Below are positions 22,701 through 35,400 of a DNA stretch of 64,000 nt, piece after piece. Each line of letters starts with the position of its first letter. Within the stretch, counting starts at the first letter, position 1. The DNA comes from Podarcis pityusensis (lineage: Eukaryota). The notes beneath the pieces were generated by a model. It searched no databases. It was given only the letters and a program-made list of their open reading frames with translations, and was not told the origin of the DNA. The position numbers were made by a program, and so were the translations under genes. The stretch is from NCBI GenBank assembly GCA_964106645.2, contig OZ067044.1; one strand, 5' to 3'.

Positions 22701-23560
22701 AAAAAAGAAAGGTGGAATGTAAAATAAAATAAAAATTATGGGCACAGTCACAATAAGACGTGAAGTGTACTTGCCAGACACTTCGCTTCATGACGGTTTG
22801 ATCAATATTTCTATTGCTCATGGGTTTCTATAAAGTGAATGTGGAGTAGCACATCTTTAGTGGGGGATGCCCTGGAGAAAACCCATCTTCTTGAGAGAGA
22901 CGGCCGCAAATAAGGAATGGAAATTGCTGCCCATGCTTAAGACATCACTCTTTCTTCTGTTCCTTTCTTCTAGGCTACTTTGATGCTCACGCTCTTGCTA
23001 TGGACTATCGAAGTCTGGGCTTCCGAGAGTGTTTGGCCGAAGTTGCCCGCTACCTGAGCATCATCGAAGGTCTGGACACTTCTGATCCTCTCCGTGTCCG
23101 CCTTGTGTCTCACCTGAATAATTATGCCTCTCAGAGGGAAGCCGCAAGCAGTTCCCATACAGGGCTTGGACACATCCCTTGGGGCAGTGCCTTTGGACAT
23201 CATCCCCACATCTCCCACCCATTACTGCTGCCTCAGAACGGGCATACTACTACGAGCGGCAGTGCAGCTTCCACAGAAGGTCATCATCACCACAGCAGAA
23301 GTGGGGCTCCCCATGCTGAATCATCTTCACTGAGAGCGCCCCCTAATGGCAGCATTGGACCAGTGCTTCCCGTGGTCACTTCAGCTTCTAAACTCTCTCC
23401 TCCCTTGCTGTCTTCCATGGCTTCCCTGTCTGCATTCCCCTTTTCTTTTGGTTCGTTCCATCTGTTGTCCCCCAATGCTCTCAGCCCGTCTACACCGGCA
23501 CAGTCGGCCGGCCTTGGCAAACCTTACAGACCATGGGGAACGGAGATTGGTGCATTCTAA
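19657..23560 (+). CDS. HEY1: HEY1, hairy/enhancer-of-split related with YRPW motif 1; spliced CDS join(19657-19748,20561-20636,20724-20807,20962-21043,22974-23560), 921 nt, 306 aa
   Basis: Manual splicing gives [139 protein letters not shown]...[13 protein letters not shown]. All introns are GT-AG and the frame is continuous. The C-terminal TEIGAF and linkage to STMN2 identify HEY1 rather than HEY2 or HEYL. Confidence 0.98.
20561..20636 (+). CDS. HEY1: HEY1 coding exon 2 (76 nt), start of basic region
   Basis: Acceptor ...ctggtttcag; encodes [25 protein letters not shown]; donor GTAGGT at 20637. Confidence 0.96.
20724..20807 (+). CDS. HEY1: HEY1 coding exon 3 (84 nt), basic region/helix 1/loop
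   Basis: Acceptor ...cttccctttcag; encodes [28 protein letters not shown]; donor GTAATT at 20808. Confidence 0.97.
20962..21043 (+). CDS. HEY1: HEY1 coding exon 4 (82 nt), helix 2
   Basis: Acceptor ...caatttcttag; encodes [27 protein letters not shown](G); donor GTAAAG at 21044. Confidence 0.97.
22257..22704 (+). mobile_element. 5'-truncated L1/Tx1-type LINE 3' end in HEY1 intron 4
   Basis: 18-bp TSD AAGAAAGGTGGAATGTAA (22239-22256, 22705-22722); ORF end [22 protein letters not shown]; T-rich 3' UTR, AATAAA at 22678-22683 and a short A tail. Confidence 0.85.
22974..23560 (+). CDS. HEY1: HEY1 coding exon 5 (587 nt coding): Orange domain, YRPW and TEIGAF motifs
   Basis: Long pyrimidine tract and TAG acceptor ending at 22973; in frame with ORF 23000-23560 ending [13 protein letters not shown]. 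Confidence 0.98.
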
Positions 23561-25840
23561 GAACTAGCAGGGTGGTGAAGGGGTGCGTTGTCTGTAAAAT
23601 AGCCAGCTGAGCTGGGGCATCTGAACTCCTTTTAACAGTTTGTTATCAAAGGTACAGTTCCAGTTTTAACAGAGTTTGTACAAAGAAAATGTTTCTCCCC
23701 ACCCTGCTTTCTATTAGCAGATTTTAAAAAAGCAGCAGTTGCCAGAAGTTTATCCATTTTTTTGTAAAATCTTCATAGATGTTAATTTAAAAATGATAAT
23801 AAAATAGAATTTTGCTGACTCGTTCGTTATCTTAGTGGCATTTCTCAAATGATCCTGTTTGTCTGAAAACACTGGATCTTTTTTTTAAAGAGTAGAATTT
23901 TCGTCTCTCTCCCCCCCCCCCGCAACAGAGCCTTAACTCACATTTTTGTTTGGTTGTGGGGGTTTTGTGATACTGAGATGTTTTTCAAGGGAGAAATTGT
24001 TTGTAAACTATGTTTTGACTTTTGTATTTACGAGCAAAAGCGTTGACAAATCAGATGGACCAGCTTTATCTCAGATGTTGGTGGTGGACCTGTGGGCCTC
24101 TCGAGCTCCCATCAGCCCCAGCCAGTATGGCTCATAGCTATCAACATTTCCCTTTTTTAAAGGGAAATTCCCTTATTCTGAACAGCATTCCTCACAAGAA
24201 AAGGGAGAAGTTGACAGCTATGGCATGGCTAATGTTCAGGGGATGATAGGAGCTCTAGTATAACAACACCTTGAAGATCACTGGTTCTCCATCAGTATTC
24301 TAAGAACAGAATCTTTCTGTGACTAGTGCAGTGCTTCAGTCTGCCTTGCAAGTTTATCCTGCTCCCCAATAGGTATATTTATCCCCATTACAGAATCACT
24401 GTTTTGTTTCTTGTGCCAAATTTTGTTGTGGTTTTCTTCCATTGGGGCAAACAACACTAAAAAGTCGCAGGTCAAATCCTAATTCTAGAAGCTTTACCAC
24501 TGCAACTAAGTTCAGCCAACTTCGTCCAGCTCCAATCCATTGGATGTTTTTTGTTTTGCTTTTTAGGATGGAGGGATTATGAACATTAGGGCTTTGGGGA
24601 TAGATGGTGCTGGGTTTGGGGATGTGGGGACAGAGACCATCACCTGCCATGTGGCTAGAACGTAGGATGTGTCTTCAACTCAAAGTTCCTGCAAGCAGAT
24701 GTGCCAAGTTCCAATCCAGAGAACAGGAGTTGCATCTAAATTAAATTGGTTGCTCTTGGGTTTCATTCAGTGGGACTTGACGTGAGTCATGATGACTAAG
24801 AGTTGTGTCCAACTTTATTCTGTTCAGATTAGACCCACTGAAATGAGTCGTGTCCATAAATTTCACTGGGTCTATTCTGAGGATGACGAATGGTGGACAC
24901 TACCCTGTAGTCTGCCTTGCCTTTCTTGCCTGGACATGGAAATAGTCCTGCTCCTGCCTGCAGGTATGGGATAGCTGGATAGACAAGGGGCAGAATAGGT
25001 GGGGAAAGCCACAGTTCCTTGTCCCGTGCTTTATTGGTGTGTTTGAAGGTTGCAATCTGGCAGACATCCATCACACACTTGGCTGTATCCCATAAAAAGC
25101 TGTAATGTGGTCATAACTGTGATTGGAAAACATGGCCGCTGACATAGAATCTAATAGTTCCTTTGAGAACTTGAGCAAAGTTTTGTTTTTTCAAAGCAAG
25201 TTTCAGCATTAAAACCCCCCCCAAAACAATTGCATAAAGAGCTGCTATCCAGTACCTAGAAACTTGAAGGCTTTATATGGCTTTCCATTAGTTGAGAAGT
25301 GAAAATTTGGTCCAGCACAACTTTTAGCTGCCTCCCAGTGCTCTTCATTAATGTTTCTTGAGCCTGCATTTCTATTGTTACATAATGTTCTGTTCAGAGC
25401 AAGCAAAACTGGAGAAAACGAAAGTGATTATTCTATGTTTAAAAATACAACCAAAATTAAGATACTGAATCATAGTTCGGTTTGTCTAAATCTGCATACT
25501 TTATCCTTCTAGTATGATTGTAGTTTTCACATCACAGAATGTGGGATTTTGTAGTACAGTGATCCAGCATTCCAGGGCAAAAACCAGGTGAGCAGCAGCT
25601 ATGGATAGCCACAAAATCGATTGCTGTGATGTATATACATACTGTGCAGAAAAGTACCGTAGTCACTGCATTTTTGTAGGGTTTAAAATGAATTCAAGAG
25701 GGTAATCCGAAGAGGATCCCTATCTATTCTCAACAGGCTTGTTCCTTTAAATGACTATTCTAAAGAGGGTTCCACCAAATTGGATTTGATCACTTTTGTA
25801 TTTGCATTGTGCCTAAATAAAAGAATTGAGAACAAAAAAA
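23561..25840 (+). other. HEY1: Probable HEY1 3' UTR; candidate poly(A) signals AATAAA at 23798-23803 (proximal) and 25816-25821 (distal)
   Basis: Follows the stop codon; AT-rich. The distal AATAAA has an upstream TTTTGTA element and downstream GT/T-rich sequence. The end point is inferred, not proven. Confidence 0.6.
24133..24222. mobile_element. 90-bp hAT MITE (same family as 16692-16781, opposite orientation), nested in an older hairpin MITE (about 24060-24292)
   Basis: TIRs CATAGCTATCAAC / GTTGACAGCTATG; TSD GTATGGCT / GCATGGCT. Confidence 0.9.
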
Positions 25841-28587
25841 AAGTTGACTGGCAAGTTTGTCTAGCTACATGAGAGAAAAAGGGTGTTTTAAACAGATTAT
25901 GGTATAATTAACTTTGTGTGTGTTGCTTTAAGTCTACTATTCAGTGCATCTTCTGTTTTACTGTTCTGTTTTCTAATTTTGGCCCGTGAATTGATATTTC
26001 AAGACATTGTTCATGAAGTGGACGTTAAAAATAACTGAAAATTTGATAGTTCATTTATGCAATAGAAGAGGAGAGCACTGTTCACATGTTCAGTGTTGGG
26101 TGGGATGTAAGAGACAGAAAATCTGGTTTGAACCTACTGCCCCAGCTTCACTTATTATTCTGAAGGTTTTAACAAACCCTGTATAGGTACAGCTGATTGC
26201 GCATAAACCTCGTGTACTGAATTGGAGACCTTGCCTTTTGCAACTTGTGCATGGGGAAGCTTTGTTCCAGGGGTGGGCAGATGTTTCATGTTGAGGACTG
26301 CATTCATTTTGGTTGTAGAATCTCTTGGGGCCCACTTGCCAGGGATAGGCAGGTCTAGTTGGTGGGTGGCATTGAAACCCAACATGAACTAGGCTACTTT
26401 CCTTATTGGTGTTCTGAAACCTTCTGGTCTTCTATGATGAACCTTAGGTATTTCCCCCGCAAAATGTCCCCCTTCTCCCACCCCCAAAGTGGCACAAAGA
26501 AAGTAAATAAACATGGTTGTGTCACTGCAAGTATGTGATATGAGCTCCACAGGTTGGATTTCTGCTAATTGTATAGTTACTTATGGCAGCACCTGCATGT
26601 TTAGGAAATGAGCTGACAATCTAATTCTACAGGAACATATAAGGGAGATTCCCCAAACTGCTCAATGTTGCCTTGGTTCTCTGAATACTATGGCACAGGG
26701 TGTGTGGGTGTACCTAGAATAGGGTTGTTTGGCTCCACACCAGCCGGCATTGCCAATGGCTGAGCATGATAGATATTTTAGTCAAACAACATCTGGAGGG
26801 CCACAGGTTCCCCACTCCTGATAATTATATTTTTTAAAATCTCATATTAAGTAAGGCTGCCAGTTATCTATTACAATGGAATGGTGCCAATTGGCAGAAG
26901 ATTGGTGTGCACCTGGTTGCTTTAAGTAGCATGTCAATCCAGTAATATAATTTGTCTTGCTTACCTGCCTGCAACGATCTTTGTAGGTTGGCTTTTCCCA
27001 ACGTAGTGCCTTCTAGATACTCAGCTACTAGCTTTTATTAGCCACAGGCACCATGGCAGATGGTTGGAGATGATGGGAGATTCCAAAAGATATAGAGGTT
27101 GAAGAAGACAGACCCAGTGCTTCTGTATCATAATAATGAAGGGAACGTTTTGTGCTTTGGGAAGAGTCTACTTTACATACATTCAATTATCACTGTATTT
27201 CTTGTATTTCACTTTCCTTGCACCTCACAGCTAACATGATTCTCTCTACATCCATGTGTTTTATCTACTTCAAAACTCAGGAAAACTTTCCATCTCAGGA
27301 ATTAGAATCTAGTCCATAACAGAATGGACTGTAATAAATTGGTAAGTCTTTTAATAGGCTACACAACTCTGCATTGTTTGAACAAGTAGGAATGCCCTCT
27401 TTAACATAAGACATATTCATTTCATTCTGTGCCTGAATTGATTCCCAAAACAATTCAAAGCAATTTAATAATAAAAATAACAATGAAAATACTTACAATA
27501 ATTTCACATATAAAAACAAATTCAGATCCAGTACACATACAGACACAGAATGAGATAAAAACAACCCCCCCTTTTTTTTTTGCTTGTTGGAAAATGAAGG
27601 TCTTCAACAGGTCGGGGATGCAATGGGTGGCGGTGTGGGGAGAGTATCAAAGGGTTAGGTGCTGCCATGAAAAGACCTGATTTCATCTTGCAGAGCAGAC
27701 TTCCTGATAAGATGGTCTCCGCATCTGCAGATAATGACAACATTATTGTGGGAAACAAAAGCTCATAAACTATGACACTTCCCCCATTATAAACTGAATC
27801 CCTATTTAAGTCTTATTGCTCTTACACCCAGAAAATGTTGGAGGAAAGGTTACATTATGGCAAAATAAATAAAATTAGAAGATCTACAAAATAACCATTT
27901 GAAGTTGAAGTTCGCTCAGGAGCTGTGGGGCAATTCCCCCCCCCCCCCCACCTCTGGGCATGTTTATACACACATTTTGTAACTCCCCAGCCAAGGAATG
28001 GGATATAAACTTTCCTTCTTACTAGATGAACCCTGGGGGTATGAGTTGTAAACATGCTCCAGGCTTGCATCCCTGGCCCAGAAGGGACACGACCCCCAAA
28101 GCCATGTGCTTTGGGTGGTAACTTCTGAGTGTCCTCTATCCAAAAATGCCTCAGGGTAGCAGTCAGCTGTTATCATAACCTCCTTCACTAGCCAGCACAG
28201 AATGCAAAACAGGCCAGAACAACCAAGCCAACTGCAGCCCTACGGTATTAAACAGGCAAAATACAGGAGTCCTAGGTGCCAATCAGGGGTTTGCTCCAAA
28301 ATTCCTACTCAGCTCAAGCTCACACTTTAAAAGAGGGTGGGAGGTTGCTCTGTGAAGACAAAGAGGAAGAAGGGTGGATGGATGGAGCATAAATACCCTC
28401 TACTGGAAAGTCCTAACTGGGCATTCCAGTCCGAGGGCCCTCATAGCTCATTCCAACTTGAGTCTCTTTCAAGATGAGGAGGGTGCCATTCATGATCATT
28501 CCCATTCTCACCAGTTAATGAAGGCCACATTTAACGAACCTGAATGCTGGGTGCATAGATGCACTTTGTAATGTCTATAGTTTACAG

Positions 28588-28723
28588 TATTGTTTCCCAA
28601 CCTTGGGTCTCCAGCTCTTTTTGGACTACAATTCCCATCATCCCTGACCACTGGTCTTGCTAGCTAGGGATGATGGGAGTTGTAGTCCAAAAGGAGCTGA
28701 AGACCCAAAGTTGGGAAACAGTG
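28588..28723. mobile_element. Fold-back hAT-like MITE, about 136 bp; degenerate relatives near 3020-3125, 26720-26820, 26990-27100, 40460-40586, 42183-42315, 43368-43505 and 44930-45025
   Basis: TGTTTCCCAACCTTGGGTCTCCAGCT..TTTTGGACTACAATTCCCATCATCCCT pairs with AGGGATGATGGGAGTTGTAGTCCAAAA..AGCTGAAGACCCAAAGTTGGGAAACA; flanked by GTTTACAG repeats. Confidence 0.88.
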
Positions 28724-30758
28724 GTTTACAGTATTGTACACACACAAGTGCAATAGAAAGGGAATGTAATCTGGACACAAAAGCTGTTGAGCTTTTCTTG
28801 GCAAAGTTTTTGAGCAATTTTTAAGGAAAATCACCAAAAATGACACTGCTGACAGGGGTTGCCATATGTCTGGATTTTCCCTGACATTTTAGCAATTTCC
28901 GCCCGGGCACTTCCAACTGCAGTATTCTGGCTATGTCCAGGAAATTCCGGACATATGGCACCCCAATGTACCCAGCATTATGATGACATGTTAAAAATAG
29001 CAGTTCTCTGTATTGCTTTGCAAGGAACACATCCATTAAGTTGAACAATGTCCCTTGCATCATATCGATGCCTCGCTGTCTGTAGTTTCCCCCTTTGAAT
29101 TTTATTTGAGCATTATTGCATCGTTTTTTTTAAAGGAAGCTATAAACAACAAGGGGAAATCCTGTACTAGTACTGAATGGTCCTTATTGAAAAGGGGCTT
29201 CCTTTCTGGAGGGAAGTGTATGTAGTCAGCACAGCACTCCATGAAACAGATGGATTATTATAGCAAGGAGATAGTATTTTATTGAGAGAGAGAGAAAGAG
29301 AGAAAACTGCTATTATCCTATACAAGAAAAACAAAACTTTTAAACTGGAAGTGCTTCTATCTCATCTCTGTGCTCCCTCCAGATGTTTTGGATGACATTT
29401 TGGGTGGGGCTGATGTCCAAAACCTCAGAAGAGCTTCACCTTGTCCAAGGCTGATTTAAGGACTAGGAGGAGGAAGCTCAAATTTCTTGGATACTTTTAT
29501 AAACGTGCTTCAGTTGATCATAATGATCACATAACGTTATGCACATTTTAGGAACATAAGCATTGCAAAATACATCATTGTAAATACCCTGGACTCTTAA
29601 AAAAAAGTTTGAACATTAATTGCGAGAAGCAAAACTCTGAAGCATATTGGCCATCATCAAGGCACAAATCCATACTTGTTTAACATTAAAATGAGAAGAA
29701 GACTTAAGAGCCCCATTCATGCACTTGTGTGTGTGTGTGTGTGTGTAAGGCCAGGGGGGTAAATGTGGTCCTCCAAGCCTCTTTGTCTGGTCCTTGATAC
29801 TGGAATTTCCAATGAATGAAAGGGGAAGTACAACACTGTCATATTGTTTGTAATGTGTTTTAGCAGTGGTTCAAAGTCACTGCTTGCCTGACACGCTCAA
29901 AAGATAATTGTTTCACCACAGGCCCCGTTTGTAACTCAATCCACATTTGCTGTGCAACTGCTCCACAGACTTTTGACCTCGCTCTGGCCAATGCGGTATA
30001 TACATGGCTTGGATTGCAAAGGAGTGTCTATGGCAATGCAATCACACAAGCACCTCATTACCTCTTGAGCTCAAGTCAGGTCTACTCAATTCGCAGGCTA
30101 GCCAGACCACTTTGGTTGCATGAATTGACTCCTGGAAAACTATGCAGAATGCTAAGCTCATTTCCCAATAATAAAATATATTGCCTGTACGTTTAAAACA
30201 GAAACAAACAAACAACAAAAAGATCCAACCTTGGCAAACAAATGTCAGTGTAATCAAGGTTTGCACAGTTCAACTTTTCTTTTTTCTTTCTTCCTGAGAA
30301 ATCCTTAAATGCTTCTGCAGCTCTTTTGTTTGGTAAAGCAGGATTCTCTCCCACCCACGCTTGAAAGTGACACAAAACATCGATATTCCATTTCACAAGA
30401 ACGATTGGCTTCTGTACGGTTTCTTGTGTGTGACTTGAACAGGTTTTTAGCAGCGGTGTGGTTTTAAAAAGTCTCACATGCTTTCATGATGTATGAGCAG
30501 TTAAACTTAAAGCAAAGTGTTGCCTTGCTACATCTGTTACCTTATTACATGCGATATTCCCAGTGAGCTGATCTGCTTCAGTGTTGAGGTTGATCGACTT
30601 GGATTCTTAACACTGACTATAATATGGAAGGATAAATGGAAACACAGAGCTAAAGTTCCATATTTTGTACACCACCAGTGCTTTTCTTCTAGAAAGAAAG
30701 GGTGCCGGCACTGTGCACCCCTGAGTACCCCCAGAAAATGAACACCTGCCTTTGCTTT

Positions 30759-30761
<3 letters not shown>

Positions 30762-30798
<37 letters not shown>
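30762..30798. repeat. (TC)n microsatellite
   Basis: Direct observation. Confidence 0.97.
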
Positions 30799-30803
<5 letters not shown>

Positions 30804-31357
30804 CTGCCATTAAGCCCCTCTTGTCCCACAAGTGTCTCAAAGAAAAAAATCCCCTTCTGAAAGGCTGATTGCTCTTTCGAGTGCCTATGAACAAATACTG
30901 TTTTACCATCACTAAACAGGTCATGGGCCTTGACTAGTATCACAAACACTAGCCTTGTACAATAGGTAATCCTTATTGGTTCAATAGTTTCATTGGTTAT
31001 GCGGGCCTGAAGTTGTGCTTCCAAGGCAAGGGTGCAGCGGCAGCAGCAGTGGGGATTCTCAGGTTGTAACTGCATTTTTACAGCACATGAGGAATGGGTC
31101 TCCTAGCTCCACCACTGGCTATGGCTTCTGTCCCCTCATCTTGCTGTCTCCTCATGATAGCTAGGACCCGACCTTTTGGCGTCATTTACTGGGAGCCAAG
31201 CCTCTTGAGGCACTCATCTGTCATGAAGTGTGAATAGCTCATATGAACCTACTGGAGCCCAAAGATCACCATCAGAAGCCTTGGTCTCTGGTCCATTACT
31301 AACTAGTGAAGATCAAACTGATGGAAACTTTGCATTAGTAGCCCCACAGCTGTGGAA

Positions 31358-31372
31358 TTATTATTATTATTA

Positions 31373-31417
<45 letters not shown>

Positions 31418-31580
31418 TTGTAATACTGCCCTATATACTGCAGGTCTCAGGGCAGTTCGCAGAATAAGATCACAATATAAAAACACAAAATACATAATCA
31501 AAATGAAAACAAAAACAACGCAATACCCCCCCCCCCACATTTTAAAAGGACATTGGATGTGCATCGGCCTGGTTAAAGAA
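31358..31580 (-). mobile_element. (TTA)n microsatellite tail plus LINE-like 3' end; opposite-strand relative at about 60248-60376
   Basis: CACAATATAAAAACACAAAATACATAAT matches the reverse complement of 60285-60312. Confidence 0.65.
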
Positions 31581-32113
31581 GAGCATCTTTGCTTGGCAAA
31601 TTCCCTCACTGGAAAGCTCTATCAAGCCCCTCTCCCCTTTATCAATCAATCAATCCATCCATCTATCTATCCATCATTTCATTGGTATGCCTCCTTTCCA
31701 AAGTTAAAGCAATGCTTAAGGTGCCTTACAACTGGGGCTGGGTGATAAATTGTCTGAAACCAGTATGGTTCTCACATTGTTGGCTTGGTGATGAAAGGGA
31801 TGGAAAGAGTAAGAGGATGTTCCCAGGCAAGTAAGAGAAAATATGTAGCTCCGCCCTCCTCCTGTCAACTCACAGTAGGAGTGTCTCTCACAGAGTTCTC
31901 TCTCTGCAAAGTCTGAGCTGCATGCTCAGACTACATTTAAGCTAGACATAAGTATGTCTTTGTAACTGAATTACCATTTTAAGCCTGTCTGAACAAAGCT
32001 GCTCTATCTGTTACTCTTCAACAAGTATTCTGAGTGAGAAAAGTTTTTTTTAAAAACCTTTTACAAGACTGTTTGTCTAATTGTTATTTTAAGGGGGAAA
32101 TACCAGGAGAATT

Positions 32114-32477
32114 GGATGCGGGTGGCGCTGTAGTTTAAACCATTGTGCTGCTTGGGCTTGCTGATTGGAAGGTTGGCAGTTCTAATCCATATGATGGGGT
32201 GAGCTCCCATTGCTCTGTCCCAGCTCCTACCAACCTAGCAGTTCGAAAGCACGTAGTACAAGTAGATAAATAGGTACCGCTCTGGTGGGAAGGTAAACAG
32301 TGTTTCTGTGTGCTGCTCTGGCTTTGCCAGAAGCGGCTTAGTCATGCTGGCCACATGACCCGGAAAAACTGTCTGCGGACAAACGCCGGCTCCCTTGGCC
32401 TGTAAAGCGAGATGAGCGCCACAACCCCAGAATCGTTTGCGACTGGACTTAAATGTCAGGGGTCCCTTTAGCTTTTT
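32114..32477 (+). mobile_element. Sauria SINE, full length with TSD
   Basis: Head GGATGCGGGTGGCGCTGTAGTTTAAACC; 12-bp TSD TACCAGGAGAAT (32101-32112, 32478-32489). Confidence 0.94.
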
Positions 32478-35400
32478 TACCAGGAGAATACCAGTCTGCC
32501 TTAAAGCATTGGTTTTAAACAGAAAAGCTAAATTTCTTTTTAAGCTGCAAAGAGATGGCACTCTGCAGAACTCACAAACATGAGGAAGGTTAATAAATAT
32601 ATCCTCTCCTAGCATCTATTTACATCTTGACAAAGAGGATCACAGCTCCAGGACTCTGTTTCAGAGCAGAAGCAAGGGCATTGTCTGTCGAAGCACCTGG
32701 GTAACTGATGCACTCTCTTTGTTTTAGCAAATGAATGAGATAATAATGAGGTGCTCAAGCTTGTTGATTTAATTTGTAATATTTATATATATGGAAGTTG
32801 TAGAATAAGGCTGGGTACTTACTTCCTTTTCTTTGCTGGGGTTCATAGTTCATGTTAGCAGTTTAAATGGTATCATTTCCTTGCCACACTGATTGCAAAT
32901 CAAAAGTTAGAAGGTGGTTTTCAGCTGGGTGAAGATCTTTTATTAAAACTCCACGTCTGTTACAAGCTGAGCTGAGTTCAGTGGATCTGACTTCCAGGAG
33001 TGATGCACAGGATTGAAGTCATGCTAATCCTAATAAATTAGGTATTACACAGCTAATTGGTATGCATGAAATTAGCTACGGGGGCTATCATTATGAGCTC
33101 CTTTGCTTTAAGATTTACCACTGAACAACTGTACTGGTTGCTGGCTATTGTATATCTGGTAAGGCTGATCGGTAGCAGAAAAAAATTTCTGCGGGTGTAT
33201 TGTCTTCTTTCCACTTGTGTGAAGATTGGATCGTTGTTGAGGACAAAACCTATAACGCAGATGAACTGAGGATCACTGCAGAAAGGGCCTAGACATGGTA
33301 ATTATGTTCACTAGTCATAGGTTTAGGAACTATATTATTATTATTATTATTATTATTAGGCTTGAGAAATCTGTGTTTTCTTTTCATAACTAGTTGTTAG
33401 AACAAGTGGGAAAGTAGCTTATTAAAGCAAGTGCTAAAATGACTGGCTTTTTCTTCCATTCCTTTTCTTCTTTCAGAGCCTTTCGAATATGAGAAAAGAG
33501 CAGCAGCGACGAATAGAAAATGAACAAACAGATATAAAAAACAGTGCTGGTGGTGGGGAAGAAGGGATGAAATGCACTTCTGGCAAAACAAATAACGGTG
33601 CAAAGGAAGATCGATATAGACGGTGATAAATTATTACAGCAAGATAATAGCAAGGTGGCTATAATTATTAAGAATTAGCTAGAGATATGTGATGGAAGCA
33701 AAACAAGCTGGTGTACTTAAGAGTGTTTTTGCATGCGAGAACACAATTATCTGAAGCTCAGAAGAAAAGGCATTTCTAACAGCATGTTTCTTAAAGCAGT
33801 CTGCTCCAACAAGACCTTGCATGTTGAGGAGCCAGCATATTATTGAGATGGGTCTGACAACATATGGCAAAATGGGTGTGTGTATTTGTAGGGAAGAAGC
33901 ATTGCAGGAGCAGCTGTCCAGAACAGATGTCTTCTCCTTCCAGTGGATGGGCCCAGCCCATATCTGAGATGTAACTCGGCTTGACAACAAATCTAAACAG
34001 GGAAGCAGCTCTTGCAAACAGCCGTCCAGTTGACTTTGTTAAGACGATTCACATCAGACATGAATGTGAACTGATCTGTCACTTGACTTGCAGTAGCTCC
34101 TCCCAGTTCCAGCTCCCTCGGTGCTCTTGCCACCTAAAGGAGACGTTCTCCAGAGTGGTGTTTGACAGGATGATGCACAGTCCCAGCACGCTGCCGCTAG
34201 GTAGGTCGGCAAGCGTGCGCTGAACACAACAGGGCACACAAAGTTCAATGAACCGGAGTGCTGTGTCTTATTGTGGTTCTGGTCTCTGCGGAGGACTATG
34301 AGTAGCAGGTTTATTCGAGTGCTGCTAGAGCTTTCTGTGCAACTACGTACATGAGCAATTGCTGTGATTCAATTGCAGGGTATATTGGCACGCCCACTTT
34401 TGAACACGTTGGTAGGGAGACGGGCGGAGCAGATCAGCCTGTGTGGGTAACATTCAACAGATCAACGTTGATCTGTATGTAATTTACTTTTAGATGCATG
34501 GCGACATTCTTGTTCTGAAAGCACAGGCTAGGTGATCTAGCTTCATTTTACGCCTTTCATCAGACTATTCGTGTGTTCTGCTGAATACACTCAGAATCCT
34601 CCATGTGACTGAGGATTCTAAAGACAAATTGGTTGGACCTATTGAAATGCTCCCTTCAGACTTTCCCACTCGATGTATGAAGGTCTAAGGATGAAGGGAT
34701 GGCGAAGCTGAAGGTGAGGCCAGTGTGTGCAGTCCTATATCTCCCTCCGTGCGTTCCTGTCAAATGCCTGAATGGGGCTATTATTTAGAAAGGTTCTAGT
34801 CCTGTGTAGCATAGAGCAACATTTTGGCCAAAAGTGCAAATGCTTTCTAACTTGGCCATTCATAGATATATAGATGGACTATTCTGACCTTGAAATAATT
34901 CACATAGGGAATGTTCAGTGCTTGTAGTGTATTGTTATTACTGTTTACCAGAAAAAGACTCACCTCAGATATATATATAGACTGAGAATGAGAAGCTCAG
35001 GGCTTCTTGAACGCACTTTGGGGCTGCTGCTTATGTTATTGTTATGCATTCTTCCTTTTTAAGAGCTAGGAACTTCCAAATAGCATTTACAAGGCTTAGT
35101 TTCCATTGAATAAGAGAGCTGTGGAGACTAGGGCGACATACACATGGTGCCTTTAGAGCACATTCAAAACACATACCCACCCTGCTTCGCCACAATGAAT
35201 TTGTTAAGGGCAGCTGGGAATTGTATTTCTGTGAGGTGCAAACTACAGTGCCGAGGATTATTTGAGGGAAAGAATGTGTTTTGTATGTGTGCATGCATTT
35301 TTAAAAATAATATTTGCTTTGTTTACAAATATGCAAGCAGAGCACTTACACTCCTATGAGCAGACTGCAAAACTGATAATCCTTCATCACCATTAAAGGA

